A stretch of DNA of 64,000 nucleotides. Source: Faecousia sp. (GTDB lineage: Bacteria; Bacillota; Clostridia; Oscillospirales; Oscillospiraceae). The stretch's first letter is position 1; the number at the start of each line of letters is the position of its first letter. The stretch is from the NCBI GenBank assembly GCA_045646665.1, contig JAZRLE010000064.1:14-64013 (forward strand), in the 5' to 3' direction. Both the position numbers and the translations under genes were made by a program. Positions 40,964-51,027 of the stretch are shown here, piece after piece. Under the pieces are notes generated by a model. That model saw only the letters and a program-made list of their open reading frames with translations. It did not search any database and was not told the origin of the DNA.

Positions 40964-42835
40964 TCAGGTCGTCGCAGAGGCGCGCTTCGGTGCAAAAATG
41001 GGTTCCAGTACGGAAGCAATCAGCGAGTTCCGGTCATCGTCATTGGCAGAAGCACCGCTGACAATGGTATACAGAGCAGACTGATATACATCGCCGGTGA
41101 TTTCTGCGCTTTGGATCCAGTTGATCAATCCACGCATACCGACAGAGCCGTCGGAAATTCCGTTCTTACGGCAGAAGTCGGCCATGTCGGTAACCACCTG
41201 AACCATCTGAGAAACCATCACTTCATCTGTAGCACCGGTAACACTCATTGCACGCTCAGCCATGATCTCGTTGGAAGGTAGCTCCACATCACGCACCAGA
41301 CTCATTCTGTCAATGACAGACTGGTTCAGGCCACGACAGCCTTCGTAAGTCACGTTTGTAGTAACGACCACCACGGTGTCCAGATGTCTCTGGATTACTT
41401 CGCCCGTAGGGAGTGTGATAGAGCCTTCCTGCTCCAGAAGTGAATTCAGACCAACCAGGACACCGGGCTGCATGATCGTCGTCGGTTCCTGGATCTCAAC
41501 CACGTATCCGTGCTTGAGTGCTTTCAGGAAATCAGTTTCCACATAGGTGAAGCTCTGCCCCTGCGATCCGGCATTATCATCACGCTTAGAGAGCGCCTTA
41601 ACCTTCTCCATGACCCGTTCCATAACGATTGCCATACAATCCTGCGTACAGGCATCAGTCTTCTCAATGCCGGTCAAAGCCTTGTAAACACCGGCAGGAT
41701 CGTAATCCATATCGGCAAGGTCCGGCATATTCATAAGCTTAGCCACATTAGGGTAGGTCATACCGCCCATTGCATCCAATTGCTTTTTCTCAGCATCCAG
41801 CTGCGCATTGCCGGTTGAACCGCCCTCAGAATCCGGGAATATCTGACCGACAAAATCGAATATCTCCGTAGAGGCATTGCAGGTGTACTTCATGTAAGGC
41901 AAACCGAGACCCGCAGCGATTGCGCGGGCACCCATTGTTTTACCGGTGCCAGCAGGTCCACGAAGCATAAAGTTTCGCATCTGAGCTGCTTTTCCGGTTG
42001 TGTGTTGGGCGTGCTTGCAGATGTCTACCACTTCCTCCGGGATGATATACCACGCAGGAAGGACAGGAACCAAGGCCTGCTCAGCAGGACTCAGGGTCCG
42101 TTTCTGCATCACATACTTACCAACAAAGTCAGTATGAGGAATGATGGTACTCAGCCGGTGGATAGTAGCAGGTCCCGTCTTGGCAAAGATGGTGAATTCT
42201 CCAGCCGTTACACTCTTGGGAGTAAACGCACCGGAATCCAAATGCACCTGGGAGACCCGCATCAAGTTGCCAGCATTGTCGATGGTAACATTAATGTGGG
42301 CCGGGCAGGTATCATCCTTAATTCTGCGATACACATTGTCACACAGAACGCCGATGAGCTGCGAAGCTTTCGTCAGATCCGGAAGACCCTTGATGAATTC
42401 ATCGTAGTAGTCCACGAATGTGTCTTCAAACTCGGAATCGCTCATGAAGGTAGGATACATCGCCATCATAATAGCCGCTGCATCCCGGTTTGCACTGTTG
42501 GCAGTATAGGTTGCAAAGGTCTCGTCATCCTTACGGAAGACGCTGCCCATCAGGTTGCCGGTGGCACTGTCATGCACAATGATGTGGAACTCTTCCGGAT
42601 TGGAAGACTTATACTCGCACACATTCTTATGATCGATCGTACCAACAGCGCCTTCTGCGGTTCCCTGTCGGCATCTGCAAACGGCATGAATGCCTTTAAT
42701 GACTGCGGCAGAGAGCGTAGCCTCCGTTCCGGAACCATACTTAGATGATACGCTTACCTTCTTACTGGATAAGCTGTCAAAAGGGCTAGGCAAAGACCTG
42801 TTAAACGCAAACAAATTGGTAAATGAGGCTGCCAT
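40964..42835 (-). CDS. MoxR/CobS-like AAA+ ATPase
   Basis: Walker A GPAGTGKT, Walker B variant VEIQE, TTN..Y.G.R.LN.S..DR; paired with vWA. Confidence 0.85.
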   Translation of the reverse strand: MAASFTNLFAFNRSLPSPFDSLSSKKVSVSSKYGSGTEATLSAAVIKGIHAVCRCRQGTAEGAVGTIDHKNVCEYKSSNPEEFHIIVHDSATGNLMGSVFRKDDETFATYTANSANRDAAAIMMAMYPTFMSDSEFEDTFVDYYDEFIKGLPDLTKASQLIGVLCDNVYRRIKDDTCPAHINVTIDNAGNLMRVSQVHLDSGAFTPKSVTAGEFTIFAKTGPATIHRLSTIIPHTDFVGKYVMQKRTLSPAEQALVPVLPAWYIIPEEVVDICKHAQHTTGKAAQMRNFMLRGPAGTGKTMGARAIAAGLGLPYMKYTCNASTEIFDFVGQIFPDSEGGSTGNAQLDAEKKQLDAMGGMTYPNVAKLMNMPDLADMDYDPAGVYKALTGIEKTDACTQDCMAIVMERVMEKVKALSKRDDNAGSQGQSFTYVETDFLKALKHGYVVEIQEPTTIMQPGVLVGLNSLLEQEGSITLPTGEVIQRHLDTVVVVTTNVTYEGCRGLNQSVIDRMSLVRDVELPSNEIMAERAMSVTGATDEVMVSQMVQVVTDMADFCRKNGISDGSVGMRGLINWIQSAEITGDVYQSALYTIVSGASANDDDRNSLIASVLEPIFAPKRASATT

Positions 42836-42860
42836 AATATAATACTTTCCTTTCTGCAGT

Positions 42861-43610
42861 TCACTGCGTGAGATTGATAATGATACCTTCCGGGCCACAG
42901 AAAACATCGGTCAGCTCGGCACGGATCAGTTCTTCACATATTGCTTCCCAGCTCTTGGGATCCGGTAATTCCTCTGCGGTAAGAATAACCACATTCTTTC
43001 CCTCCCCGATTGCCTCATTGCACCGATCATTCAGTTCAATGATGTGGGATTCAACCCATTCATAGGCAATCAGCTCGAAATTCTCTGGCTGGTCTTTGGT
43101 ATCTGGACAATCGGTATCGTCTTCCGTAGGATCCACTGGGATATCCTCCGGTTCATCTTGAGAATCAAAGGAATAGACGATTTCCTGTACCTGCAAATTA
43201 TCGGTCCGCACTTTTGCCTTCCGATATCCGCCAGCACGATTGAGAAGGATGTATACATCCTCACCGTTTTCGATTCGACGCCGGGCATCCGGTTCCGCCC
43301 AAATCCATCTGGCGTCCGGGAATGAACCGGTTACCATAAGTGTGATTCTGTTCATAATTACCGCATAAGCCATCGCTCTTACATCCCTCTCATTGGGTTC
43401 TTCCTTAGGAGCTGGCAGTGCAAGCATGGGCTTGACGACCTCTACCTTATTGGAAGAAAGGAATAAGAGCCGCAGTGCGGCAATGATGATACCAACAATC
43501 GCCAGCAAGATCAGCGGCCAGAGTCGGCATATAAAAGTAAGCACAAGCACTACGGTAAGAAGTACCAGCGCTTCAAAAGCAACGTGCTTCTTCCATTCCT
43601 TGTTTTTCAA
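42861..43610 (-). CDS. Membrane-anchored hypothetical protein
   Basis: Two N-terminal hydrophobic helices; acidic C-terminal half. Confidence 0.7.
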   Translation of the reverse strand: MKNKEWKKHVAFEALVLLTVVLVLTFICRLWPLILLAIVGIIIAALRLLFLSSNKVEVVKPMLALPAPKEEPNERDVRAMAYAVIMNRITLMVTGSFPDARWIWAEPDARRRIENGEDVYILLNRAGGYRKAKVRTDNLQVQEIVYSFDSQDEPEDIPVDPTEDDTDCPDTKDQPENFELIAYEWVESHIIELNDRCNEAIGEGKNVVILTAEELPDPKSWEAICEELIRAELTDVFCGPEGIIINLTQ

Positions 43611-44044
43611 GATAATTCTCCTTTCAATTTTCGGTCTCTGGGAAGAAGGATATGAAGCTCAGATTTCTCTCGCTTCGTATCCACCACAACCGTGATTGCC
43701 TCCTGTGTTGATATAGCTGTGTGGAGAAGAAGCTGCAAATTTGTATGCGGCATCTTCTCCTTGCCTATCAGAAAGCTTGCCAAGGTACCGGACCTTGGCA
43801 GCTTCTGAAAGAATCCACAGATATCAGAACAGGGGCAGATGACATACTGTCTTCCCAGATTCACATTCTCCATAATGGCCTGCAGTTCATCTTCCGTCAG
43901 TGCATCACTGGTTTTATTCCGTAATGCAATGCGTAGCTTCATCTGCCGATCCCCTATGGAGAGGTTTGCAAATGTCTGGTTGACCATAGCTTCCTCCCTT
44001 GAACGCAAAAAGCGCACATGATCCACAATGGTGTCGTGTTTCAT
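43607..44044 (-). CDS. Hypothetical protein
   Basis: 145-aa ORF in operon. Confidence 0.6.
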   Translation of the reverse strand: MKHDTIVDHVRFLRSREEAMVNQTFANLSIGDRQMKLRIALRNKTSDALTEDELQAIMENVNLGRQYVICPCSDICGFFQKLPRSGTLASFLIGKEKMPHTNLQLLLHTAISTQEAITVVVDTKREKSELHILLPRDRKLKGELS

Positions 44045-44077
44045 GTGCGCTCTTAAAACGCTCTATTCATTTTTGCC

Positions 44078-44698
44078 TCACTTCATATCGAACAGGTTAT
44101 TTCCACCGAAGCTCTCATAGCCGGTGAACCCTGCAGGAGGTGCTGCCTGAGCAGGAGGCGGAGTCATAGGAGGTGCAGCCGGGTTGTTGACAGGAGGTGC
44201 GCCATATGCACCAGGTGCGGGATAGCCACCAGGGGCACCATAACCGACGGGATAACCACCCACAGGGCCGTAATCGCCGGGTGCAGGAGGTGCTCCGTAA
44301 CCACCGGGCATACCATACCCACCGGGTGCCGCTTCCTGATCCTTATCCTTGGATTTGCCGCTTCCACCAGCGAATTCGACCTTATCCAGAATAATGACCA
44401 TCTGCGACTTGGCATCGCCGCTTTCCTTGTCTTCCCACTTGTCCTCGTCCAAACGACCGATGAAGTTGATCCAGGATCCATCCTTCAGGTCCATCTTCTT
44501 GATCTGCTCGCAGACCTTACCGAAAGCCTTCATTGAAAGATTGATCCAGCGGGTGTTATTCTCGGCATTGGAGTCATAGACCTTGCAGCCGACACGGAAA
44601 CGAACAGTGCTGTTGTTCTCTCCTCCGAACCGGAGGGCGGGTTTGCCTTCATATCCTTTGGATACGACGACATTGGTTCCAAATACGCTCAATAACAT
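44078..44698 (-). CDS. ssb: Single-stranded DNA-binding protein with G/P/Y-rich tail
   Basis: OB-fold pattern (T.WIN...FGK..E, G.L....WEDKESG...S); AAAGGAG RBS; first gene of operon 2. Confidence 0.8.
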   Translation of the reverse strand: MLLSVFGTNVVVSKGYEGKPALRFGGENNSTVRFRVGCKVYDSNAENNTRWINLSMKAFGKVCEQIKKMDLKDGSWINFIGRLDEDKWEDKESGDAKSQMVIILDKVEFAGGSGKSKDKDQEAAPGGYGMPGGYGAPPAPGDYGPVGGYPVGYGAPGGYPAPGAYGAPPVNNPAAPPMTPPPAQAAPPAGFTGYESFGGNNLFDMK

Positions 44699-44779
44699 GG
44701 GGTACTCCTTTCTGCAGGTGTTACCTGCACACAAAAAATTATTTATTTCAACCTGCTTTACAGGACGAAACCGGGAAAT

Positions 44780-44903
44780 AAAAAAAGTGCCAATCAATGC
44801 GCATAGGCGCACTAATTGACACTAAGTAACGCGAAACTAAGTTTGGCCGAACCAAACGAGAAACTTACATAAGTATTGTAGCATACTTTTTTGCGTTCGT
44901 CAA
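44780..44903 (-). promoter_or_regulatory. Promoter + 44-nt conserved leader + terminator, copy 2
   Basis: TTGACG-17-TACAAT (44903-44875), core 44869-44826, hairpin AGTGTCAATTAGTGCGC/GCGCATTGATTGGCACT plus T-run. Confidence 0.85.
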
Positions 44904-44936
44904 CGTTTCATTTTTCCCAGTTTTGTCCGCGTCCTG

Positions 44937-45386
44937 TTATGTCCCAAAGGAAACCGCTAAGTATTCGTAGATATGACACAAGCCATCTTTTTCGTATACT
45001 GGGGTTTTCTCCGAGATGTAGAGGGTAACTGTAGTTCCAACGAGCAGTTTTTTGACTCTGCGTTTAATGGGGATCACGACCAGCTTATCGCCCAACCGAA
45101 CCGTAATTGATTTAATTCTTCTGCTAAGAACAGTTCGTTCCACTTCCTCACACAGGCCGGAAACGCAGAGATAATCGCCAATTATGATGTTACGAAAGAG
45201 CGACCAACTGTTTATAAGTAAGAATACCGACAAGATCAGGCAAGGCAACGCAAAGGCAAACTCACCACTGAGCACCCACACAGCAACAAACAGCAGCAGC
45301 GATGTGGCACCACCGCCCAATCGCATGAGCAGCTGTATACGCAGAGCATCAGGAAGCTGCTTGATATAGGCTATCAGTAATTTCAT
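44937..45386 (-). CDS. Membrane protein
   Basis: Two TM helices then beta-rich domain. Confidence 0.65.
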   Translation of the reverse strand: MKLLIAYIKQLPDALRIQLLMRLGGGATSLLLFVAVWVLSGEFAFALPCLILSVFLLINSWSLFRNIIIGDYLCVSGLCEEVERTVLSRRIKSITVRLGDKLVVIPIKRRVKKLLVGTTVTLYISEKTPVYEKDGLCHIYEYLAVSFGT

Positions 45387-45949
45387 TACAACACCACCAG
45401 TCTTTTCTTCGCCACTAGAGATAGCAGTGCTTTCACGATATCATCACGGAATACTGCCTTCTCCATTTGGTTCTCCAGGATATTGTCTGTAATTGTGCCT
45501 TTGGTGTAGATTCTCTCGATCAATGCCTGCCGGTTCTCTACATATAACAGATCCTCAACCGGTTTGACCTCCCGGTCGATCAGGTAGACCAATTCCGCAG
45601 TCGTTAACCGAATGCCCGCATTGCAGAGCCAAAAGAGGATCTGTTTCTCAGTCTGGCTTCTAAAAACACCAAATCCCCTTTTCCGGGACGGAACAAATAC
45701 ACATTTCGTCAGCAGACGGTACTTTGCTACCGCAGTATTCTCAAATTCTGTCTCCACCAGACCCATTCTGTGCAGATGCCCAATTTGGCTGTCTGCAGCA
45801 TTCTCCGAGATCTGCGCGATGCCATATCTACCCTCCAGCCAGATTTTCCCTTCGTTACCTGTTAGAACAAATTCTCCGCCTCCATAGCAAACGGTCACCC
45901 GCTGCTCTGTAGATTTCTCCTTTACAATACCTTTGGATATATACATCAT
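45386..45949 (-). CDS. Hypothetical protein
   Basis: About 187 aa, GAGG RBS. Confidence 0.65.
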   Translation of the reverse strand: MMYISKGIVKEKSTEQRVTVCYGGGEFVLTGNEGKIWLEGRYGIAQISENAADSQIGHLHRMGLVETEFENTAVAKYRLLTKCVFVPSRKRGFGVFRSQTEKQILFWLCNAGIRLTTAELVYLIDREVKPVEDLLYVENRQALIERIYTKGTITDNILENQMEKAVFRDDIVKALLSLVAKKRLVVL

Positions 45950-46001
45950 TTTTATCACCTCGACCATATTACACGGCGCAAGGTGCCAATTTACAACCGT
46001 C

Positions 46002-46367
46002 TTACAAAATATACATAATCGCCACGCAAGCTCCGATAATGAGAGCAACACTAATTCCCAGGACAATTATCTTCTTGATCAGTTCCTTATCGACATTGGA
46101 CCGCAAGTGTCCATAGTCATCCGGAAGCACATCATCATAATAGCCGTCATAACCATCGCCTTGCTTCGGTTCCTCCTCGCAAGGAGTCTCCTCAGGCAAA
46201 TCATCCGCCACTGTTGGTTCCGCGGTTTCATTCACAGCTTCGGTTTCTTCCGTCTTTTCCTGCTCGGTATCTTTGGGGTTGCGTGTTGGAATGTGTTTCC
46301 CACATTCGGCACAAAAAGCAGCATTTTCATCCCACAGCTCTTTACCACAATAAGGACAGAATTTCAT
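46002..46367 (-). CDS. Zinc-ribbon membrane protein
   Basis: CPYCG...FCAECG; C-terminal TM helix. Confidence 0.75.
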   Translation of the reverse strand: MKFCPYCGKELWDENAAFCAECGKHIPTRNPKDTEQEKTEETEAVNETAEPTVADDLPEETPCEEEPKQGDGYDGYYDDVLPDDYGHLRSNVDKELIKKIIVLGISVALIIGACVAIMYIL

Positions 46368-46650
46368 TTTCAGATCGCTCCCTTACAGATTTTATGGCAT
46401 CAAAAAAGGCAGGTCCATGCTATGGACCCACCTTTCGACGCTAGTATTATAACAGATTTACTTTTGCATGTCATTGGCACGAACCTTGCCATTTGCTGTG
46501 CCATTTTATTGGCATTTTGTTTACACATCCAAAAATTATCTTCAAATTTTTGATCTTTGCTCCCATAAATAGCCATTTCACTGTTGACAATCCTGTGGAA
46601 ATTGTGTATATCGAATAGGAAACAATCTTTAGTCAAGCGGAGGTGTAACT

Positions 46651-46812
46651 ATGAAATATGTTTGCGACTTATGTGGATGGGAGTACGACGAGGATAAGGG
46701 ATATCCGGAAGCTGGCATTGCTCCCGGAACTCTCTGGGAAGATGTCCCGGAAGATTTTGAGTGTCCACTCTGTTGTGTAGACAAAGAACAGTTTTCTGAA
46801 TTGAAAGAATAA
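46651..46812 (+). CDS. Rubredoxin (53 aa, absent from ORF track)
   Basis: MKYVCDLCGWEYDEDKGYPEAGIAPGTLWEDVPEDFECPLCCVDKEQF; GGAGG RBS; hairpin at 46818-46845. Confidence 0.93.
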   Translation: MKYVCDLCGWEYDEDKGYPEAGIAPGTLWEDVPEDFECPLCCVDKEQFSELKE

Positions 46813-46852
46813 AGAATGGCGGTGCAGCTTAAAAACTGCACCGCCTTGCTAT

Positions 46853-47509
46853 TTATTGCTCCGGATCACCATACCGGTTATCAATGCAGTGAACCAACAT
46901 ATCTATATCACCATCAGATTCATACTCACAATTCACACCAAATTGCCCAACAGCAACCCAGGCTCTTGTCTTATGTAATGGATGTATAGATCGATCCTTA
47001 AGACCGATTACAGCAAACTCCGACAGTGGTTCACCGGAATACCAGTTATTATTAAACACATCAAGGCAAGTCTGGCACAGCTTTTTCTGCACCAGTTCCC
47101 GATCCACCGCATAATCGAGACTCGTTATCTCCACCGTGGCATACCCCTTATCCGGATGGGATCTGGTGTTTATGTAGGTATCGTTTTCATATAAGCCACC
47201 CTTGACCATATATCCATACGGTTCCTCAATCAACTGTTTCTGGTCATCGTATCTGTTAATTTCCAGTCTCAGCATCTTAAAGCAGTTCAGGTTTAAGATT
47301 GCAACATTCTCTTCACCCCAGTATTCGCAATCACTGCCCGCGCCACAAATATAACACTGATCGCTTGTTATCTCAGACACAAAATCAATGTGCTCATATT
47401 CCTTTTGTTCTTCCGACTTATTGGGTGCAATAACATTGGCTATAATCGCCAAGGCCACAAACATGCTCAGCACCCCCGCAATAAAGCTGAGCACATAATA
47501 TCGTTTCAT
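46853..47509 (-). CDS. Membrane-anchored hypothetical protein with CxxC pairs
   Basis: N-terminal TM helix; CYIC and CQTC. Confidence 0.65.
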   Translation of the reverse strand: MKRYYVLSFIAGVLSMFVALAIIANVIAPNKSEEQKEYEHIDFVSEITSDQCYICGAGSDCEYWGEENVAILNLNCFKMLRLEINRYDDQKQLIEEPYGYMVKGGLYENDTYINTRSHPDKGYATVEITSLDYAVDRELVQKKLCQTCLDVFNNNWYSGEPLSEFAVIGLKDRSIHPLHKTRAWVAVGQFGVNCEYESDGDIDMLVHCIDNRYGDPEQ

Positions 47510-48009
47510 TCTATCTCCTCCTGAATCGCTAAATTGATACACAGAACGCCTTTTTTTCGGGCATATCGCATTGCCTCATATGCGCCGCTCGTTCCTTTTC
47601 TCGCGTTTTCTTTTCTCCCTGATTCCTTCACATAACAGATGACCAAATCCGACCTATCAATCATCGCATAATTTCTTGCTTTGAATGCATTGTTGAAATG
47701 GGCACCGGCTTCACAAATCTCTACACTGTCGTAATAATCCCAGTATGACTCCTCATTATCCCGATAGTCCGCAGTAAGATATGGCATGACCCATATATGG
47801 GAACTGTTATCGTCTCGGTATGTTCTTTTCAGCCGATGGATAACAGAGGAAATGAGCAAATCAAAATCTCCATTGCGCCCTACTAATAATTCTACATAGG
47901 GCTTGCTGTCAAGTAAGCTACGTATTTCAACCTCAAGACGCCCTTCTAATGCAACAACTTCCGAACCAATACGTCTATGCCCGAAGAAGGAAACAGTATA
48001 GATATCCAT
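47506..48009 (-). CDS. SLOG/YpsA-like protein
   Basis: SFFGHR, RN..MID.SD..ICYV, GA...MRYA.KKG. Confidence 0.65.
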   Translation of the reverse strand: MDIYTVSFFGHRRIGSEVVALEGRLEVEIRSLLDSKPYVELLVGRNGDFDLLISSVIHRLKRTYRDDNSSHIWVMPYLTADYRDNEESYWDYYDSVEICEAGAHFNNAFKARNYAMIDRSDLVICYVKESGRKENARKGTSGAYEAMRYARKKGVLCINLAIQEEIE

Positions 48010-48051
48010 AATATCACCTTCCCGCAACAATATCGACCTTATATTTCTCCA

Positions 48052-48501
48052 TTAAGTTTCTTTCCGAATACTATTCAATAATTGCAGCACCATTTCGGAG
48101 TTAATTGCTTCAAAGATATCCGTTCCACATTTCTCTACCCGAATGAGTATCTCTAACGAATTGATATCGTCATACTCAGGCAATTCAAACCTGTATTCAC
48201 AATAGCGGTCAAATTTGGCTTCGTATACCGTCCTATGCCCACTCAAACCACCTATGCAAATGGGTACTGTTTCAGAAAGGCGCTTAAATGAATCACCTTC
48301 CAGGATATCGTCTAAGAAGTCCTTTGAAGGAAGTTCAGCATAGTCCAGGCTGATATCGATCACCATGCTCTCCTGCGGATCTGTAAGCTCCAAACCATTC
48401 TCATAGTAGTTCTGTGCTTCAAAGATCACAAGGCAGGAATTATCCGGAAGTGCAAAGGAAATACCCCCTGCATAGAACCGCCCTTGCTTATATAATAACA
48501 T
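48052..48501 (-). CDS. Hypothetical protein
   Basis: 149 aa, GAGGGG RBS. Confidence 0.6.
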   Translation of the reverse strand: MLLYKQGRFYAGGISFALPDNSCLVIFEAQNYYENGLELTDPQESMVIDISLDYAELPSKDFLDDILEGDSFKRLSETVPICIGGLSGHRTVYEAKFDRYCEYRFELPEYDDINSLEILIRVEKCGTDIFEAINSEMVLQLLNSIRKET

Positions 48502-48627
48502 CTATTCACCCCTCTTCTGTATCATTCCAATACGAATTGTATCATATTGATCCAGAAAAATCTATGGTTTATACAACAGAAAAGGGCTGCCTCACCTAGA
48601 AAGCGAGGCAGCCCTTATGTTTGGGTG

Positions 48628-48864
48628 TCAGTTATTAATTTCTCGTTTAATCAGATCGTCGAGTGAGAGGAAATTATCAGGGAAAAGATACACTTTTGTT
48701 TCGTTAAAGACTTCACCATCACCGTAAAAATGATTCCATTTCACAACTTTATATGTTAATGCTGTGTATGTCTTTGTACCGCCGTCTCTTACTATGCCTG
48801 TTGGAATTGGGATGATGAGAATCAGCACCACAATCAACATAATAATGAGAAGTCTTTTTTTCAT
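48628..48864 (-). CDS. Small membrane/secreted protein
   Basis: Hydrophobic N-terminus, DGGT..Y.ALTYKV.KW. Confidence 0.65.
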   Translation of the reverse strand: MKKRLLIIMLIVVLILIIPIPTGIVRDGGTKTYTALTYKVVKWNHFYGDGEVFNETKVYLFPDNFLSLDDLIKREINN

Positions 48865-48878
48865 CTTAGTTTTTCTCC

Positions 48879-50360
48879 TTACTTGGTACAGATGTCCGCA
48901 TAATCAATATAATTGTTATTTAACATATTAATACACACCACATCTTGATATGTCAAGCCTTCTGCATTTTTATAATCAGAATAAATAATCTTTATCGGAG
49001 TAACAGTACCATCCAATTTCATATACACAACATGTTCTTCCGATTTAATCAGCTTGTTAAAAGTTGATCCATTTGCTCTGATTTCAGATGCTGGCACATG
49101 CGCATCGGCTACAAGCGTTAACTGATTTATATATGCAACGTCTTTGTCTGTAAATGTTGTCAACGGAGATACAACACGCTTGTCTTCATAAACATCATAA
49201 AACTCGTTTGTCAAGCAACCGTTGATAGTTTTATAATAACGTGTTCCTAGCCCTTTTAGAGCATATGGCGTATACTCTTCTGTATTTGAAAGTTTTTGCA
49301 TAAGAATCGCATCAGCGACTTGAAACTCTGTACTTGATGTTGTCGATTTAGGATTGACTGTTGGGTAAGAAACAAGCGTTGTACCATCGCCAAAAACTTC
49401 CCAACCATCATAGCTTCCATCCCATGGCCAAAGGAAAACACTTCCAGCAGATGCCGCAGCTGCTTGTACAGTCATCGTATTACCTAATTCAAGGAAAAAC
49501 TGATCTGTCCATTTCTTTGCGGCAGAATTTCCGACAGTATCCGTCCAGCCGATGGCTGATTGTGCGCCGATGTCTATCGATTTTTGAGCAATCGATCGCC
49601 GCGAACCAGTGCCATCAGGATCTACCGCAGAATAACAAGAAGCCCAAACCGCAACTTTTGTGTTGGACATACTCGAAAAATAAGATGAGGTATCGTATAG
49701 ATATTCTTTATTTCCGTTGCTATTCATAAAGACCAGTGTACCAGAATTGCCATGGCCTGCGAAGAAAACTACTTCGCTATTAATTCGTTTAAATGTTGTT
49801 GCGATAGTACCGTTGAGGTGAGAAGCAGGCTTATTTTCATGAATACCAACAGAATAGCCCATCGCTCTTAACCACGAAGAAGGCGTTTCAGAATCTCCTA
49901 GGGTATTTATGTCTCCGTTGCCATAATCAAATGTGTATATTTGAGCCCTTTGGTCGCGAACTTGAATTGTATATGACCCTGTACCCGAAGTACTATTATA
50001 ATGACGTACTGTTATGGTTGTCGTACTTCCAGCCTCTTGACTAAATCCAATAGCAAAATTCGTACCTTCTCCTCCATCATCATTAGAGGCTGTAGGAAAA
50101 ATCGTCCCAGTATTTCCCGAAACGGTTCCATAAGTATCTGTCGAGCCAAAGGTTTCTACTGTGAACATTCCAGAATACGAAGGTGTGAAATAATAAGTAT
50201 CTGTAGAACCCGCCGTAAGAGTTCCACTATAAACAGTATCCTTTGTGATGGTTCTGGTTGCACGAGTAGTGATTCCGCTTTCTGCATAAACCGTAGTTGT
50301 TGAGAACATTACAACAAGGGCAATGAATAAAGCGATAATACGCGATTGACGCAATTTCAT
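48879..50360 (-). CDS. Secreted protein: PPC-like beta domain plus caspase/gingipain-like domain
   Basis: Signal peptide ending VYA; NDDGG..NF repeat motif; FFAGHG and WASC His/Cys dyad-like motifs; low GC. Confidence 0.6.
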   Translation of the reverse strand: MKLRQSRIIALFIALVVMFSTTTVYAESGITTRATRTITKDTVYSGTLTAGSTDTYYFTPSYSGMFTVETFGSTDTYGTVSGNTGTIFPTASNDDGGEGTNFAIGFSQEAGSTTTITVRHYNSTSGTGSYTIQVRDQRAQIYTFDYGNGDINTLGDSETPSSWLRAMGYSVGIHENKPASHLNGTIATTFKRINSEVVFFAGHGNSGTLVFMNSNGNKEYLYDTSSYFSSMSNTKVAVWASCYSAVDPDGTGSRRSIAQKSIDIGAQSAIGWTDTVGNSAAKKWTDQFFLELGNTMTVQAAAASAGSVFLWPWDGSYDGWEVFGDGTTLVSYPTVNPKSTTSSTEFQVADAILMQKLSNTEEYTPYALKGLGTRYYKTINGCLTNEFYDVYEDKRVVSPLTTFTDKDVAYINQLTLVADAHVPASEIRANGSTFNKLIKSEEHVVYMKLDGTVTPIKIIYSDYKNAEGLTYQDVVCINMLNNNYIDYADICTK

Positions 50361-50986
50361 AGTATTACCTCCTATCGTCAATGGAAATATGCTAATTAAA
50401 GCAATTGCTAAGTTTGTATACCTGTGGATAGTATTGCACATTATACCATATCGCAGCCCCCCTTTTTCAAAACAAAAAAGCGCATAAGGAGCAACAAGGA
50501 GCAACAAGCATACCCGCTGCTTCTTATACGCAATGTTTATAAGAGACAAAATACACTACCTTAATGTAGAAATACTAAGCAACTACAAAAAACTTGCGAG
50601 GGTGTCGGGTATCTTTATAATATCTCCAAGAAAACTGTATGAAGCATTTGTAGCATACTCTATTGATTAACGCAATGGATTTGGCATAGGTGGTAGGTTT
50701 GGCGGCGTAAGTGGAAAAATCGTGTTGACAAAATATCATTCCATATTTTTCTAATGTATCAATGAGTCTTCTTACGAATCGTAGTGTAATATTCCATACC
50801 GTAGAGTGTTGAACTCTGCGGGAACATTCTGTATGATAAGCAGTATTTCTGTAGCTTGCTTTCGCATACATAAATGATTAATTATCAACATAATTATGAC
50901 AAAAAGCAGCGATGTCTCCCAACTGAGCGAGAAATCGTCGCTGTTGAATTTTAAGACATAATGTTTTATGGAACTTTACCCCATGT

Positions 50987-51020
50987 AAAAAAGGGGCGCA
51001 GCTTTTGCTGTGCCCCAAAA
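50987..51020. terminator. Terminator ending operon 3
   Basis: Minus strand GGGGCACAGC-AAAA-GCTGCGCCCC followed by T-run. Confidence 0.75.
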
Positions 51021-51027
51021 TGGATTG

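Noticed and set aside
26934-44698. Prophage interpretation (YqaJ, SSB, primase)
   Set aside because: No terminase, capsid, tail or lysis genes; Tn916-type regulators and ParM point to an ICE/IME-like element.
50575-50871. 98-aa ORF in the AT-rich gap
   Set aside because: No RBS or motifs; likely spurious.
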